A stretch of DNA of 64,000 nt from positions 1 through 64,000 of the forward strand of contig NW_027139591.1 in the NCBI RefSeq assembly GCF_035084215.1. The letters are read 5' to 3'. The position numbers were made by a program, and so were the translations under genes. This document shows, piece by piece, positions 62,201 to 64,000 of the stretch; the stretch's first letter is position 1, and the number at the start of each line of letters is the position of its first letter. The notes below the pieces were generated by a model. It searched no databases, had not been told where the DNA came from, and worked only from the letters and a program-made list of their open reading frames with translations. This DNA comes from Heptranchias perlo (Eukaryota).

Positions 62201-64000
62201 AGAGAGGGGAATAGGGTAAATCTATCGGTGTTTACCAAGAGAGGGGATTGGGGTAAATCTATCGGTGTTTACCAGGAGAGAGGGGATTAGGGTCAAATCT
62301 ATCGGTGTTTACCAGGAGAGAGGGGATTAGGGTAAATCTATCGATGTTTACCGAGAGAGGGGATTGGGTTAAATCTATCGGTGTTTACCAGGAGAGAGGG
62401 GATTAGGGTAAATCTATCGGTGTTTACCAGGAGAGAGGGGATTAGGGTAAATCTATCGGTGTTTACCGAGAGAGGGGATTGGGGTAAATTTATCGTTGTT
62501 TCCCAGGAGAGAGGGGATTAGGGTCAATCTATCGGTGTTTACCGAGAGAGGGGATTAGGGTAAATCTATCAATGTTTACCGAGAGAGGGGAATGGGGTAA
62601 ATCTATCGGTGTTTACCGAGAGAGGGGAATGGGGTAAATCTATCAGTGTTTACTGAGAGAGGGGATTAGGGTAAATCTATCGGTATTTACCGAGAGAGTG
62701 GATTAGGGTAAATCTATCAGTGTTCACCAGGGGAGAGGTTTATGGTAAATCTACTGGTGTTTACCAGGGGAGAGGTTTATGGTAAATCTACCAGTGTTCA
62801 CCAGGGGAGAGGTTTATGGTAAATCTACTGGTGTTTGCCCGGGGAGAGGTTTATGGTAAATCTACCAGTGTTCACCAGGGGAGAGGTTTATGGTAAATCT
62901 ACTGGTGTTTACCAGGGGAGAGGTTTTTGGTAAATCTACCAGTGTTTACCAGGGGCGAGGTTTATGGTAAATCTACCAGTGTTTACCAGTTGTAAACAAT
63001 TTTACAACACCAAGTTATAGTCCAGCAATTTTATTTTAAATTCACAAGCTTTCGGAGATTTTCTCCTTCCTCAGGTAAATGTTTCAAGATCTCCTTGAAG
63101 TGTTTACCAGGGGAGAGGTTTATGGAATATCTATCAGTGCGTACTAGGAAAGTGTATTGCGGTTTCTCAATTGGTGTTTACCGGGAGAGTGTATTGTGGT
63201 ATATCTATTGGTGTTTACCGGGAGGGTGTATTGCGGTATATCTATTGGTGCGTACCGGGAGAGTGTATTGCGGTATATCTATCGGTGTTTACCGGGAGAG
63301 TGTATTGCGGTATATCTATTGGTGTTTACCGGGAGAGTGTATTGCGGTATATCTATCGGTGTTTACCGGGAGAGTGTATTGCGGTATATCTATCGGTGTT
63401 TACCGGGAGAGTGTATTGCGGTATATCTATCGGTGTTTACCAGGAGGGTGTATTGCGGTATATCTATCGGTGTTTACCGGGAGAGTGTATTGCGGTATAT
63501 CTATCGGTGTTTACCGGGAGAGTGTATTGCGGTATATCTATCGGTGTTTACCGGGAGAGTGTATTGCGGTATATCTATCGGTGTTTACCGGGAGAGTGTA
63601 TTGCGGTATATCTATCGGTGTTTACCGGGATAGTGTATTGCGGTATATCTATCGGTGTTTACCGGGAGAGTGTATTGCGGTATATCTATCGGTGTTTACC
63701 GCGAGAGTGTATTGCGGTATATCTATCGGTGTTTACCGGGAGAGTGCATTGCGGTATATCTATCGGTGTTTACCGGGAGAGTGTATTGCGGTATATCTAT
63801 CGGTGTTTACCGGGAGAGTGTATTGCGGGATATCTATCGGTGTTTACCGGGAGAGTGTATTGCGGTATATCTATTGGTGTTTACCGGGAGAGTGTATTGC
63901 GGTATATCTATCGGTGTTTACCGTTAGAGTGTATTGCGGTATATCTATTATTGTTTACCGGGAGAGTGTATTGCGGTATATCTATCGGTGTTTACCGGGA
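50296..64000. repeat. 37-bp satellite array (>13.7 kb, ~370 units) with three subtypes and higher-order repeats
   Basis: A: GAGAGAGGGGATTAGGGTAAATCTATCGGTGTTTACC (39-bp variant also present). B: GGGAGAGTGTATTGCGGTATATCTATCGGTGTTTACC. C: AGGGGAGAGGTTTATGGTAAATCTACCAGTGTTTACC. Confidence 0.98.
62990..63098. mobile_element. 109-bp insertion in the satellite, Penelope-like terminus, with a 12-bp TSD
   Basis: AGTGTTTACCAG at 62978-62989 and 63099-63110. The insert acaccaagttatagtccagcaa...agctttcggag...ccttcctcagg resembles recalled shark Penelope-type ends. Confidence 0.65.

Noticed and set aside
50296-62700. True telomere tract
   Set aside because: TTAGGG occurs singly within 37-bp units, never in tandem.
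50296-64000. CRISPR-like array of 37-bp partly palindromic repeats; hydrophobic ORFs
   Set aside because: No unique spacers, no cas genes, and a vertebrate context. The ORFs are satellite translations.

Overview
Eukaryotic, repeat-dense vertebrate DNA, most likely a cartilaginous fish (shark). This is inferred from CR1/L2 LINE fragments, Deu-domain tRNA-SINEs, LF-SINE-like pieces and the class I sequence. Most long ORFs in the track are artefacts of tandem repeats. Three genic loci can be read. (1) A + strand MHC class I-like heavy-chain gene has four intact phase-1 exons: alpha1 27417-27677, alpha2 33666-33941, alpha3 36419-36691 and TM/cytoplasmic 41225-41415. It has lost most classical peptide-anchor residues and has a hydrophobic groove, so it is nonclassical and possibly binds lipid. 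No convincing leader exon was found. (2) A - strand single-pass membrane protein gene fragment has exons at 13149-13081 and 12976-12875. Its TM exon starts at 12762 and is split by about 130 copies of a 57-bp unit; a 25-bp satellite made of a splice-donor motif follows. (3) A - strand pseudogene at about 47.4-50.3 kb has a signal-peptide-like exon, an exon paralogous to the 13.1-kb exon, a possible 27-bp exon and a decayed PRY-SPRY (B30.2) exon. The rest is CR1/L2 fragments, a Harbinger-type remnant with a Myb/SANT domain, SINEs with internal 33-bp or 17-bp expansions, several minisatellites, and a 13.7-kb 37-bp satellite with higher-order structure and one TTAGGG per A-type unit.
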